From an uncultured virus (IMG/VR IMGVR_UViG_3300035698_018388) (lineage: Duplodnaviria; Heunggongvirae; Uroviricota; Caudoviricetes): a DNA stretch of 64,000 nucleotides. This document shows positions 1 to 10,307 of this stretch, one piece after another. Position numbers and translations under genes: made by a program. Location of the stretch: IMG/VR virus record IMGVR_UViG_3300035698_018388; one strand, given 5' to 3'. Within the stretch, counting starts at the first letter, position 1; each line of letters starts with the position of its first letter. The notes beneath the pieces are model-generated. The model did no database searches. It had not been told where the DNA came from and saw only the letters and a list, made by a program, of their open reading frames with translations.

Positions 1-138
1 AAGGGCATGATGCGGGTTGCTGAAAAATTAGGCATGGCCGAAGAAGGAAGGTTTACTGAAGGCGTATTTTTAAATGGTGAGTTTGTTGATGTCATTGCCT
101 TCGGTGTAACGGCAGAAATGTGGGAGGCGGCAGAATGA
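1..138 (+). CDS. GNAT (RimJ/RimL/PseH-like) N-acetyltransferase, C-terminal fragment
   Basis: Frame 1 reads KGMMRVAEKLGMAEEGRFTEGVFLNGEFVDVIAFGVTAEMW, the typical KlG..EG...nG...D C-terminus of RimL-type GNATs; TGA overlaps next ATG. Confidence 0.65.
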   Translation, partial: KGMMRVAEKLGMAEEGRFTEGVFLNGEFVDVIAFGVTAEMWEAAE

Positions 139-596
139 AAAAAGATGAAATAATAAATACTCTGGAATGTATAAGGTCAACAAGAGTTTGCACCTATGCA
201 ACTCCAATATGTGATTGTAAATACGGGATTGTAGAAAATGGATTAACGCGAAGTACTGCTTTTTTCCATGTTGGGGAAAAAACTGGTTGTCCTGAAATGA
301 GGGATATCATTAACCAATTAAAAGAAATGCCAGAAGAAGTTTTTGAGGATTTTGTCACCGACAATATTCAAAAGGCAGGTTGGAAAAAAGTCAGTTCTAT
401 TGGAGGGCATGAACATTGTCACGGAACGCCCGATGACGTAATTGACAGAATGCAAGAAGTCAGAAGCGATAACAATAAACTTTGGATGGGCTTGCTTAAA
501 CTGGCTTTTAAATATGCTCCGCAAGAAGCAAAGGCAATCATGGCTAACATAACATTTAATGACGGAAAGATCTCCAACCTTTGCAAACAAATATGA
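135..596 (+). CDS. hypothetical protein
   Basis: ORF; ATGA coupling and GGAGG RBS favour start 135 over 120. Confidence 0.6.
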   Translation: MKKDEIINTLECIRSTRVCTYATPICDCKYGIVENGLTRSTAFFHVGEKTGCPEMRDIINQLKEMPEEVFEDFVTDNIQKAGWKKVSSIGGHEHCHGTPDDVIDRMQEVRSDNNKLWMGLLKLAFKYAPQEAKAIMANITFNDGKISNLCKQI

Positions 597-605
597 GAGG
601 ATAAA

Positions 606-3449
606 ATGAAAAAGAAAAAGAGTCTGTTATTACAAAAAAATATGAAAGCCTTGAAATTAATAAACCAAAGACTTCACGATTGGATTGAAAAAGAAAAGGA
701 TGTTCCTTGGATAGAAGAAATCTATAGCAAGAATGGAAACCCAAATCTTATCATAAAAAATGGTGGAGAAAACATTACTGCTTATGATATGGTCAATCCA
801 AGAAAAGTAGCAAGAGACCATATGAAAAATGCGAATCTATACAAAGAGAACATTTCTATTGTTATTGGATTCGGTCTTGGATATCTCGTAAAAGAAATGT
901 TAAACAAAACTGAAAAGGGTCATAAAATACTTGTTGTAGAACCGGTTGGTCATATGATTCGCCTTGCCCTAAATACTCATGACTTCTCCAAAGCAATTAA
1001 AGATACTTCATTAATAATATTAAAAGACAAAGATGATCTCGTATTCGCATTGCATTTTTTATCAAGTCAGGGCGTAGTAAGCGATTGGTCAATAACAATT
1101 AATAAGTACACACAACACAAACCAGAAGAATATGGAAAGCTATCTATCGCCGCTTCTGAAATATTAAATCAAGTTCTTTGTAATACCGCTACAATTGCAG
1201 GAAATGCCGGGGCTATAATTGCAGATAACGATATTGCTTGTCTTCCATATGTTATTAGACATCGTGGAGTAAACGAAATACGAGATTTATATAAAGACAA
1301 ACCAGCTATCCTCGTTAGCACAGGACCGTCTCTCGCAAAAAACATACATAACCTTATGGGTTTAGAAAATAAAGCCGTTATTATAGCCGTTGGACAGGCT
1401 CTACGGGTGCTTCTTGCCTATGGAATTACTCCCGACTTCATTTGTTCTGTTGATTTCGGAGAAGTTAATATTGGTCACTTTAATGGCATGATGGATTCCG
1501 GTGTTCCACTTGTTACAATTAATAGAACATATGCTCCTCTACTTCAAAAATGGCAAGGGCCGAAATTTATTGCTGCAACTCCTGTTCCCGGATTTGAAGA
1601 AATGGCAACTGGAATATTAACAAACAAAGGTTATGTTGATGCCGGTGGAAGTGTTGCCCATTTATGCTTCGGTCTTGCAAAGGCTTTAGGATGCAATCCA
1701 ATTACCTTTACTGGTCAGGATCTTGCCCTTGGAGAAACATCCCACATTCCACTTGCTGATGCTGCCGGTGAAGTTAAAATAAATGAACACGGAGCAATCG
1801 ATTGGAAAGTAAAGGATCAAAGATGTAGTCTTTACGATAGAAAATCAATAGGAATGGGAACTGTAAATTTTGTTCCCGGTTACTTCGGAAAACCGGTTCC
1901 TACGAATATGGGATTGGCGTCTTTCATAACTTCTTTTGAAGCAATCATAAGCGATTATAAAAAGAGCAATGAAGATGCAATCGTTTTAAATGCAACAGAA
2001 GGTGGGGCATGGATAGAAGGTGCCAAACCAATGCTATTGAAAGAAGTAATAAAAAAATATCATAAAAAGAAAATTGATAAAACAAAGGTAAAAAAACTAC
2101 TTTCATTAGCAGACGATGGTAATGAACTTATTTCAAAAGTAATTCCATTACTCCAAAATGATATTGACAATCTAAATAAAATTATTACTAACAGTAGAAA
2201 GGGCATGGCTATTTGCTCCGGTATAAAAAAATTAATGAATCGACCGGAATACGAAAACTTATTTTCAAAAGAAATCGAAAATCAATTCAAAAAACTTTTT
2301 CAGGAATGTCAAAAAGATACGGGGCCAGATAGATCTCCAACGTTAATCTTCTTCGATGCATTACTTGAAAATGTAAAAGGCAAAGAACTTAAAACTCTTA
2401 TAGTTTTATCGGAAAAAAACTATAGGTTCTCCGAACTGGCTCATGGAAGTTCTTTATTAAACCCGCTGGTAAATGTTGCTATCTATGGGGCTACACGCCA
2501 GATACAAATGCGAGAAGTAAAAGGAGACCAATCAATAGAGGCATTTCTGAAAGATAAAGAAAATGCCTTTGCGAGAATGAAAAGAAACGTTATAATATTA
2601 AATGCCGCAAAGGGCGCAGCAAAATCATTAAAAAAATCATATAAGAAAACATTAAAACTTCTTAAAAAATATGACGAAACAAAAGACAATTCACTTCTTG
2701 TAAATATGGAACTGGAACCAATCAATCTTGATGATGCAGAAACTTATTTTGAAGCCGGTAATTGGGCACATCCCCTTCTGGACGCAAGTAAAATAATAAA
2801 AAATAATCAAAGAGATCGAGAAGCCAATGTAATATTAAAAGATGCATTGGAAGAAAGAGCGAAAACAGTTAACAAGGCGAGGAAAAGAGAAGAAAAAGAA
2901 TCAGAAAACGAAAGTAAATTACTTCGGTATAATGAATTGATTTCTGAAAGCAGGAAAGCTGGAACCGAAGAAAGATTCAAAGAGGCATTGGATCTTTTAA
3001 GAAAAGCAGTCAAATTACTCCCTGAAGAAACAGCAGCCCAATGGGGATTGGCTTCTGCCTTGCACCACTTAAAATTGTACAGGCAATCATTAGTGAAATA
3101 TCAAAGGCTCGTTAAAAGGTTTCCAGAAAATCATCGCTTCCGTTTTGAATATGGTCAGGTACTTTTGGTCAGCCAAAATATTGATGAAGGAATAAAAGAA
3201 ATTAAAAAGGTAATGTCGCAAACAGAAGAATTCGATAGTTTCCTTTCACGTCTTGGGGAAATATATGAACAAGCAAAAATGTTTGACGATGCTATTATTG
3301 CCTATACTTCTTATTTAAAAAAGTTCCCGCACGATCATGTTATTTGGAAACGAAAGGGTGATTGTTATCGGAAGGAAAATAAACCGAAAAAGGCAAAGAT
3401 CTGTTACAAGCAAGCCAAAAAAATATCAGGACTTGGAATTAAAATTTAA
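606..3449 (+). CDS. Maf-like (DUF115/MAF_flag10) glycosyltransferase with C-terminal TPR repeats
   Basis: GFGLGY, VVEP, STGPSL.KN, GITPDF..SVD, GGSV.H, GCNPI.F.GQDL and NATEGGA motifs; TPR-like helices in last ~200 aa. Confidence 0.85.
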   Translation: MKKKKSLLLQKNMKALKLINQRLHDWIEKEKDVPWIEEIYSKNGNPNLIIKNGGENITAYDMVNPRKVARDHMKNANLYKENISIVIGFGLGYLVKEMLNKTEKGHKILVVEPVGHMIRLALNTHDFSKAIKDTSLIILKDKDDLVFALHFLSSQGVVSDWSITINKYTQHKPEEYGKLSIAASEILNQVLCNTATIAGNAGAIIADNDIACLPYVIRHRGVNEIRDLYKDKPAILVSTGPSLAKNIHNLMGLENKAVIIAVGQALRVLLAYGITPDFICSVDFGEVNIGHFNGMMDSGVPLVTINRTYAPLLQKWQGPKFIAATPVPGFEEMATGILTNKGYVDAGGSVAHLCFGLAKALGCNPITFTGQDLALGETSHIPLADAAGEVKINEHGAIDWKVKDQRCSLYDRKSIGMGTVNFVPGYFGKPVPTNMGLASFITSFEAIISDYKKSNEDAIVLNATEGGAWIEGAKPMLLKEVIKKYHKKKIDKTKVKKLLSLADDGNELISKVIPLLQNDIDNLNKIITNSRKGMAICSGIKKLMNRPEYENLFSKEIENQFKKLFQECQKDTGPDRSPTLIFFDALLENVKGKELKTLIVLSEKNYRFSELAHGSSLLNPLVNVAIYGATRQIQMREVKGDQSIEAFLKDKENAFARMKRNVIILNAAKGAAKSLKKSYKKTLKLLKKYDETKDNSLLVNMELEPINLDDAETYFEAGNWAHPLLDASKIIKNNQRDREANVILKDALEERAKTVNKARKREEKESENESKLLRYNELISESRKAGTEERFKEALDLLRKAVKLLPEETAAQWGLASALHHLKLYRQSLVKYQRLVKRFPENHRFRFEYGQVLLVSQNIDEGIKEIKKVMSQTEEFDSFLSRLGEIYEQAKMFDDAIIAYTSYLKKFPHDHVIWKRKGDCYRKENKPKKAKICYKQAKKISGLGIKI

Positions 3450-3462
3450 AGGAGCTAAATAA

Positions 3463-3951
3463 ATGAAAAAGTATTCAGAAGATATTATGGGACAACCGTG
3501 TATCCGGGGATTAAAACAATTTGAAGATACCGGTTGTCCCGGCCCTTGGGATGAAAAGAGTAAAACCGGTTGCCCTGCTTGTATTGAGGGAGACTTTGAG
3601 GAATTACAAGACGGAAATAAATCAAAAAAAACCATGAGAACCTGTATTGATATGTGGGCATTCTATTTTAATTTCTGGCAACAAAGTAGACTGTCAGGAA
3701 TTCAAAATGCGGTTATCTCCTTGCGAAATTCTACATGTGAGCCAAATCCAAACGATCCTCTTAATGATAATTCAGCAAGACCCAAAGCCCCGGCTGAAAC
3801 GGCTTTAATGGCACAAGCATTAAATAAGGTTGTTGAATTGGTAGTAAAGGGGAATACACTAAGTACAAAGCTTCAACTTGAAAAAATGGCCTCGAAGATC
3901 GAAGCAATCGAGGCCACTCAGTCAAAACAGATTGAACATAAAGAAGATTAA
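3463..3951 (+). CDS. hypothetical Cys-containing protein
   Basis: 162 aa ORF with AAGGAG RBS; converges on tail fibre gene. Confidence 0.6.
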   Translation: MKKYSEDIMGQPCIRGLKQFEDTGCPGPWDEKSKTGCPACIEGDFEELQDGNKSKKTMRTCIDMWAFYFNFWQQSRLSGIQNAVISLRNSTCEPNPNDPLNDNSARPKAPAETALMAQALNKVVELVVKGNTLSTKLQLEKMASKIEAIEATQSKQIEHKED

Positions 3952-4601
3952 GTCTTTGTTGCAATAATTATTTCAATATAATAAGGGGCAGTATTGTCAT
4001 TGATAGTATGAGTATGTGCTGAACCGCCTGATGTCGCTCCGTGACTATGAGAATCATCACTAAGCCCATCTGTTGTTCCATCTTCACTTGTATAAGATGA
4101 ACCGGCAGCGGCAATGTTTTTAACTGCTGCATCATATGACGGTCTTGAAACATTACTATAATAAACTTCATGTGTATGCTTCGGAAGTTCAGCTTTTGTT
4201 AATACATGACCCCCACCTGTATGCGTATGCAAAGATTCATTTGCAGCCGTATGGGTATGTGCTGCTTTTGCATCAACCGCACCACCGGCTGCAATTGCTC
4301 CTGCCTGTGAATAAACAAGTTGAGAACCATCCTGAAGTGCTGCGTCCCTTGTCCATCCGGTTGGAGGAAGAGTATTTACAAAAACCATTTTGGTATCAAC
4401 AGGAAAAGCCAATGATTGAATTGCCGCCCACAATTGATCTCTTGTCTCTGTTGCTGCCGTTTTAAGAATAAGGCCAGAACCTTCTATTACGTTACAAATT
4501 TCTTCTTGAACAGCATTAAGCCAATCCTCCTCAACAACAGTCCCCGGAGGCCCGTTCTCAAACAAATTGGCGGCATTATTTACTCCTTCTGTTCTATGCA
4601 T
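3948..4601 (-). CDS. tail fibre protein (short)
   Basis: WLNAVQEEI..VI...G...QL..AI N-terminus of Mu-type fibres; HTH(T) metal-binding repeats; follows baseplate genes. Confidence 0.75.
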   Translation of the reverse strand: MHRTEGVNNAANLFENGPPGTVVEEDWLNAVQEEICNVIEGSGLILKTAATETRDQLWAAIQSLAFPVDTKMVFVNTLPPTGWTRDAALQDGSQLVYSQAGAIAAGGAVDAKAAHTHTAANESLHTHTGGGHVLTKAELPKHTHEVYYSNVSRPSYDAAVKNIAAAGSSYTSEDGTTDGLSDDSHSHGATSGGSAHTHTINDNTAPYYIEIIIATKT

Positions 4602-4614
4602 AATTTACCTCCTT

Positions 4615-5220
4615 TTAGTTGGCAACAATTCCCCACCCATAAGAAGGATCAAATCTCCAAATATTTGTCGCTGCAACTAAACCAGTACTTTGCTCCGGCT
4701 CAATAAAGCCAAGAACGATACAGCTTGTCATTGAATCTGTTGTAATGCTTCCCGGAGCCCCTTCTACAGCGGTACTTGCCAGATAAACAGGGAACCCAAT
4801 TCTTCCTTCAAAACTTGCGCTCATATCAGAAATATAAACAAGACCACGACGAAGAACAGTACCAAAAGTGCTTGTTGCATAACTGTCACAAGCAACCCCA
4901 AGAGTCAAAGGCTTGTCTGAAACAACAGAACCAATTACTCCACTTGCCAATACCCATTGTCCAGAAGCCCCTCTTGTCAAAATGTTTCCAAATGAAACGG
5001 CTTCAGAAATCAATTGGGAATAATCCATCCACCCCCGAACATCTCCATCTGCACTTACTTGTGCGGAATCAGGATCTTTCCAAAAGTCGCCAACATAAGC
5101 AAATTCTTCTTCCATTACCGTCACCAGAAAATCACGCAAGTCTTGACATGAAACTTGTCCAGTAACATTGTCTGCCAATAAAGCAATTAAAGCCGCTCTT
5201 GTTCGTGCTGTATCTGCCAT
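4615..5220 (-). CDS. putative virion structural protein
   Basis: 201 aa ORF with GGAGG RBS in the tail module. Confidence 0.55.
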   Translation of the reverse strand: MADTARTRAALIALLADNVTGQVSCQDLRDFLVTVMEEEFAYVGDFWKDPDSAQVSADGDVRGWMDYSQLISEAVSFGNILTRGASGQWVLASGVIGSVVSDKPLTLGVACDSYATSTFGTVLRRGLVYISDMSASFEGRIGFPVYLASTAVEGAPGSITTDSMTSCIVLGFIEPEQSTGLVAATNIWRFDPSYGWGIVAN

Positions 5221-5248
5221 AATACTTTCCTCCTATTTTAACTGTTAA

Positions 5249-5953
5249 CTATTCGGGTCTATCAAACCCATCACCAAAAGCGGTAAATTCAAATCCGCCA
5301 CCATATCGAACATCGAAAGACACATCGAAACAACGGCCAAAACCACCCTCAAGATGCGAATCCGATGGTAAAGAAGCAAAACATGGGCCAAACCCCCTAT
5401 CAAATTCTGGCCCCTCAATAATGACTTGAAGCGTTGTATGAGCAGGTTTATATCTTTGAAGAACACAATTCAAAAGTTCAATGCCGGGAGCATATATTAA
5501 TGGATCGCCACTTTCACTTCCTCCAGATCGAAAGTAAATCCATTCATCTCCATACTCCATGTTGACTTGCCACTTAAAAGTATCTGCGGCAAACTCAGTT
5601 ATCGTAACAGTATATCCAAAGGTTGCCATTAAATCAATATAATACTGTTTGTCTTGTCTTCCTATTGCTGTTAACTTCGCATGAACAATACTCCTCCTTT
5701 GTTGTAATGTTTCTGCCAATTCAGAACATTCATCTGGTATTCCAAGATCGATTTCATGATCTGTTATTAATTCCGTAGTATAACGAGTATCCCTTTCTGT
5801 TAGTAAATCATTTGCTCTTGACTCCACACGAGCAAATTCATCTGCCAATCCCTTTAAAAAACTTGCAAGAATAGAATCTTCATCCAGATTCCATGCTTTC
5901 CCTCTTGGGAGCAAGGATTGGAATAATCTAAAATAATCCGTTGCATTTTTCAT
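5249..5953 (-). CDS. baseplate wedge protein, Mu gp48/YmfQ (DUF2313) family
   Basis: LLPRGKAW, L..LA.E..RV, G.PD.C, KPAHT motifs; directly after baseplate J. Confidence 0.9.
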   Translation of the reverse strand: MKNATDYFRLFQSLLPRGKAWNLDEDSILASFLKGLADEFARVESRANDLLTERDTRYTTELITDHEIDLGIPDECSELAETLQQRRSIVHAKLTAIGRQDKQYYIDLMATFGYTVTITEFAADTFKWQVNMEYGDEWIYFRSGGSESGDPLIYAPGIELLNCVLQRYKPAHTTLQVIIEGPEFDRGFGPCFASLPSDSHLEGGFGRCFDVSFDVRYGGGFEFTAFGDGFDRPE

Positions 5954-5968
5954 ATAATCATCCGTTGA

Positions 5969-7066
5969 TTAATAATCGTTAAATGTAACTGTTCCGAGAA
6001 CATGAACTTGCGTATTTGTTGCCGTTGAATCTAAAATAGGACTTGTTAAAACGTGTCTTACTTCTCCGATACTTTGACTTATTGCCTCATTAATATTTGA
6101 AAGATAAACAGTTTCGCCGGGGCCACCATCACGAAGTAATAGATCCTCTAAATTCTCTTCAATCGAATCTTGAACAGCAGACGTATTAGGAGAAAGAGTG
6201 ATTACAAAGTTTACAGCCAACTCGGTAATCGTAATGACTTCAAGCCCCGGTTCTGCAGTTACAGGAATACCAACGGTTTCGCCAGTATAAGGATCCTCAT
6301 GCTCAATTATATACGCTTCTACAATTGCCCTTTCAGCAAGACTTGGAACAATACTTCCAGAATCATCGTCTCGAACAAATGCAACACCAACAGTTCCAAC
6401 ACCATTATATTGAGGGAAGCACCATGCTCTTGTAACCCCTGCGACTTCTTTTGCCCAAGTAATATAATCAAAATCAGCACCACCATGAGGCGGCTGTCTT
6501 TTTCTTGCCAATACTCTTTCTCTTAATGATGAATCTATTTCCTTATCGGTACCACCAGAAATACCATCGGCATCTACAGTTACAGAAGTATTTACTCCAG
6601 CAATAGGACTTACAAATGTTAACGTTATCCCTGCATCATCATTAGCATCTTCTCCTCCAATTCCAGCAGTAAAAGCAAGTGTCCCCGCTCCAGCAACAAG
6701 AGTAACATCTGCATCAGTAGTATATGTATATCCGTTTGTAGAAACAAGTTCAGAACCTTCTGGAATTAATATTCCTGTTGTTCCTATTATCGCCCCAGAT
6801 CCAACTGCAAATTCTGCCGCTTTTCTAACAACACCATATTCAGAAGCAATCGCATCTAACCCCGCACTATCTGAAGTTGTCGCAAAAAGTTGTTTTGACA
6901 TATAATCTAAATATTCATATAAAAGATGAACGACACCAGCAACAATGCGAGCGATTACTCCAAGGACAGACCGACGAAGTAAAGAACTTGCCCCTTCAAT
7001 CCTTGTTTGAAAATCAGATAAAATCCGATCTATAATAGTTTGTAATGACGAACGGCTAAAAGGCAT
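5969..7066 (-). CDS. baseplate J / Mu gp47-like protein
   Basis: GG.D.E....LR.R, PPHGG...DY..WA..V.GV.RAW, GTVGV motifs. Confidence 0.95.
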   Translation of the reverse strand: MPFSRSSLQTIIDRILSDFQTRIEGASSLLRRSVLGVIARIVAGVVHLLYEYLDYMSKQLFATTSDSAGLDAIASEYGVVRKAAEFAVGSGAIIGTTGILIPEGSELVSTNGYTYTTDADVTLVAGAGTLAFTAGIGGEDANDDAGITLTFVSPIAGVNTSVTVDADGISGGTDKEIDSSLRERVLARKRQPPHGGADFDYITWAKEVAGVTRAWCFPQYNGVGTVGVAFVRDDDSGSIVPSLAERAIVEAYIIEHEDPYTGETVGIPVTAEPGLEVITITELAVNFVITLSPNTSAVQDSIEENLEDLLLRDGGPGETVYLSNINEAISQSIGEVRHVLTSPILDSTATNTQVHVLGTVTFNDY

Positions 7067-7084
7067 TTGTCTCCTCCAATAAAA

Positions 7085-8476
7085 TTAATAAGATGATTGA
7101 GATTTCCATTGCAATTCATATTTAAACGTTTTTACATTGTCATACTGCTGATAAATTTCAACAAGCAAAGCAAGAATATCATTTCCAACGATTCCAATTC
7201 GATCCACAGTAATATTAATTTTTACAGCAACTCCATCATCAAGCATCCATTTTAGGGCTTCTTCGGCATATATCTTTGCTTTCGCAAGAACTATTTCTTC
7301 TGTTTTCTCCCTACTTAATAACCATAATCGTGAACCGATTTGATCTCCTTCTACTTCTGGCCTTGCAAGATCTCCCCACCATCCACGGAGATCAATATTA
7401 TTTACATCCGGTAAAATATCGTCTTCATTTGCCCGACGATCTGAAAAAAGACTTATGATAACTGCTGTTTCAAGTCCTTCATCAGTTGACAAATCATTTG
7501 TATCCGATATTTCTTGTCTTCCGAGATGGACAAGCTCAAGCGAAAAATCATCAAGAATAAAGAAACTAACAGGGACAACATATTCAAATTTAATTTTAAG
7601 CCCGTATGCATCAACAGGACAAACAAAATTGTTTATCTCGTGAGTTCCATTTTCATAAGCAACATAAGTACTATGAGGAGTAATTGGGTTATCATTTATA
7701 TCGGTAAATAAAATATGAGCAGATTCTCCAACCCCCAATTCGGAAAGCACAAAAGATAAATTGTATACTGCATTTTTAATTAAAGAAACTGATTTATATA
7801 CTTCAGCATCCCAAAAAGTATAAAGACTTAATTTATATTCTGGCCCGGTAATAGGATCGAAAGAAGGATAGAATCTTTTCCCATCTATATCCCAATCGAA
7901 AATAGAATATTCATCAACAACAATATTTTTTAGATAAAATTTATCATTCCCGCCTAAATCTTGAAATGTAATTACGCCTCCATCCGATGCATAAAATTTT
8001 AGAACATTTCCCCCATAGAACCAATATTCAGCATCGGTAGCAACACCCAAGACAGAAAAATCAGATCCTCCAGAATTGTATCTAATTCCATCAATATTAC
8101 TTTGTCCTACCGGAATATAATATCTAAAACTTATTTTATATAACCTTCCATACGTTGTTGACCCAAGTTGCTTGTATGCAAAATGAGCACCATTTACATC
8201 ATTGCAAGTATATTCTAACCAATTATCTTCTCCTGCAATAGTTACCGGAGCAGACAAAGTTCCCGTTACTGGAGGATAAACATAAGATTTCCAATTATCT
8301 TCATCAATAATAAAATTAGAAATATACCAGTCAGTATGCTGTGATAATTGGCTAAAGTCACCATTCGCAATAAGATTTCCAACCGCCGGGGGAGCAGAAA
8401 AGATTTTGTTTCCAATAAAATTAAAATCCCCCTCCATCAAATCTAAATCCCAAGCTATTTTAATATCTCCTGACAT
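7085..8476 (-). CDS. Mu gp46-like baseplate protein with large internal insertion
   Basis: C-terminal LETAVIISLFSDRRA, GWWGD, GSRLWLL.REK, YAEEAL.W..DDG motifs of gp46. Confidence 0.85.
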   Translation of the reverse strand: MSGDIKIAWDLDLMEGDFNFIGNKIFSAPPAVGNLIANGDFSQLSQHTDWYISNFIIDEDNWKSYVYPPVTGTLSAPVTIAGEDNWLEYTCNDVNGAHFAYKQLGSTTYGRLYKISFRYYIPVGQSNIDGIRYNSGGSDFSVLGVATDAEYWFYGGNVLKFYASDGGVITFQDLGGNDKFYLKNIVVDEYSIFDWDIDGKRFYPSFDPITGPEYKLSLYTFWDAEVYKSVSLIKNAVYNLSFVLSELGVGESAHILFTDINDNPITPHSTYVAYENGTHEINNFVCPVDAYGLKIKFEYVVPVSFFILDDFSLELVHLGRQEISDTNDLSTDEGLETAVIISLFSDRRANEDDILPDVNNIDLRGWWGDLARPEVEGDQIGSRLWLLSREKTEEIVLAKAKIYAEEALKWMLDDGVAVKINITVDRIGIVGNDILALLVEIYQQYDNVKTFKYELQWKSQSSY

Positions 8477-8477
8477 T

Positions 8478-9128
8478 TTACGATGCCCTTGTTTTAGAAG
8501 TTAAATGTGCTGCCCCCAAAGTCGTTGTTGGTGCTCCAGTATTACCCGGCCCAACATCTACTCCGCTATGAACATGATCATTAAACAAATCAGTAAAACG
8601 ACTATCAACAAGTTCCCGTACAGATGCCCACTCAGCGCTACCAAGCATTACCTGTTTTGAATCAATTGCATGTGACGATAAATTTGTATGTAATTCAGTA
8701 GGAACAGTAGTAGTTTTAATTGTATCAAATGTCTCTATTAATTGATCGCCTTTAACATCGAAAATTCTTCCAGTCTTTAAATGAATTCTAAAAGAAGAAG
8801 TTTTATCTTCACTTGTATATAATGCAACTTCTCCTTCTATTAAATCAGTCGGTCTATACCTCCGGTCGTGGACGCAAAGAGCAATTCCATGACCCCGATT
8901 ACCATTTAAAAATCCTATAAAAACTTCTGCTTCGGCAAGTGGATAAGTTTCAAGACCATATTCTTGAAAGCGTTCTATGCCTGTAATTACTTCATCACTT
9001 AAAGCCATAACCTGAACCGTTTGTGTACTCTCACTATTATCAATTGCATACAATATAGCTCTTCCGAGTAAAAGAAATATCTTTTTTCTTATCGGATCTG
9101 TTAATCTTTTAAAATCTCTAAGGTTCAT
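8478..9128 (-). CDS. baseplate spike, Mu gp45/gpV-like
   Basis: ERFQEYG, G.R.H, D.RYRP..L..GEV.LY motifs; C-terminal H.H (HVHSGV). Confidence 0.9.
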   Translation of the reverse strand: MNLRDFKRLTDPIRKKIFLLLGRAILYAIDNSESTQTVQVMALSDEVITGIERFQEYGLETYPLAEAEVFIGFLNGNRGHGIALCVHDRRYRPTDLIEGEVALYTSEDKTSSFRIHLKTGRIFDVKGDQLIETFDTIKTTTVPTELHTNLSSHAIDSKQVMLGSAEWASVRELVDSRFTDLFNDHVHSGVDVGPGNTGAPTTTLGAAHLTSKTRAS

Positions 9129-9137
9129 TCTGTACTC

Positions 9138-10307
9138 CTAATTATCAATTTCTTCGGTCTCAGTTAACACCCGCTTATATTTACTCCAATCGAATTTTGT
9201 CGCAATACCTTCAATTGGTGTTTCTATAAGTTTAAAAGTTTCAGGATCAACAACATTTATACTTGTTACTGAACCACCATCAACATCAAGAGTAAAAGAA
9301 GTAGAAGCAATCAATAATTCCTTGTGAACCCCTAATAAATCATCCTTAACATTAACCAGAGAATTTAAAGGCCAAACCTTTCCATTTGTTTGAGTCCATC
9401 CTTGAACGATATACTCAATACTTCTTGACTTCCCTGCCCGATTTCTCGCCTCCCAACTTGCCCGATCCTTACATCTTCTTAGATCACCTGCTGTTTCTAA
9501 AAAGAAAACCATCGGTCTATATCTTAAAATAACATTATCCCATGCTTCACCAGATGGATTAGTCGTTGCAAACAAAGACTTCGCATCCTTCCCAACGCCC
9601 TGCCCTTTTACTATATACTTTTGGAACCTGTCTTTATTTGATTGCTCCATAGCCGCAGATATTATGTTTACACCAAATTCAAGAGCGTCACTTGCCTTCG
9701 CAACCGTTCCCGCTCTTGTTAATGTTAATTTCCCATCACCATAACTAACAGGAAGAATCGCTTTTGCATTACAAAGAGAAATAATTAAATCAAAAACAAC
9801 ATCCCCTTCATTTGCTTTAAATGATTCTGGAACTATATATTTTACGACATCAGTAACAGAACTATCAACAACAACATTTATATTATATGGTTTACACAAG
9901 GCCTTTACAATAGACAGAAGACTTTGCCCAGAGAATTCAGTTTCATTTGACGTTTCCCAAAAACTTTTTGGCTTTACTGATTTTACTTTTGTTTTTACGA
10001 AAGAACAATCCACAAGGTCTGCCGTTTTATCTCTACCTCCAACTTGAATGCTATGGCTTTCAGAATCATATGCAATCGGAATGTCTTCTATATAACCTTT
10101 TATGATTGACTGTCCATTTATTTCTACAACGCATTTATCTCCAAGTTTAAAATCCCACTTATCTCCATGACCGGGATATTTATCGGTTACAGATAATCCA
10201 AATGCTCCTGTCATTTGATATAAAGACTTATCAATTTGTGCAGAAGTCCATCCGTCAAATCGCTTGCCGTTTACGCTTAGAACGGGTATGTTTCTTTTAT
10301 CATTCAT
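9138..10307 (-). CDS. baseplate hub, Mu gp44/gpP-like
   Basis: F.GW, GRDKTADLVDCS, RA.WE...RAG, GW....G..W..N motifs. Confidence 0.9.
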   Translation of the reverse strand: MNDKRNIPVLSVNGKRFDGWTSAQIDKSLYQMTGAFGLSVTDKYPGHGDKWDFKLGDKCVVEINGQSIIKGYIEDIPIAYDSESHSIQVGGRDKTADLVDCSFVKTKVKSVKPKSFWETSNETEFSGQSLLSIVKALCKPYNINVVVDSSVTDVVKYIVPESFKANEGDVVFDLIISLCNAKAILPVSYGDGKLTLTRAGTVAKASDALEFGVNIISAAMEQSNKDRFQKYIVKGQGVGKDAKSLFATTNPSGEAWDNVILRYRPMVFFLETAGDLRRCKDRASWEARNRAGKSRSIEYIVQGWTQTNGKVWPLNSLVNVKDDLLGVHKELLIASTSFTLDVDGGSVTSINVVDPETFKLIETPIEGIATKFDWSKYKRVLTETEEIDN

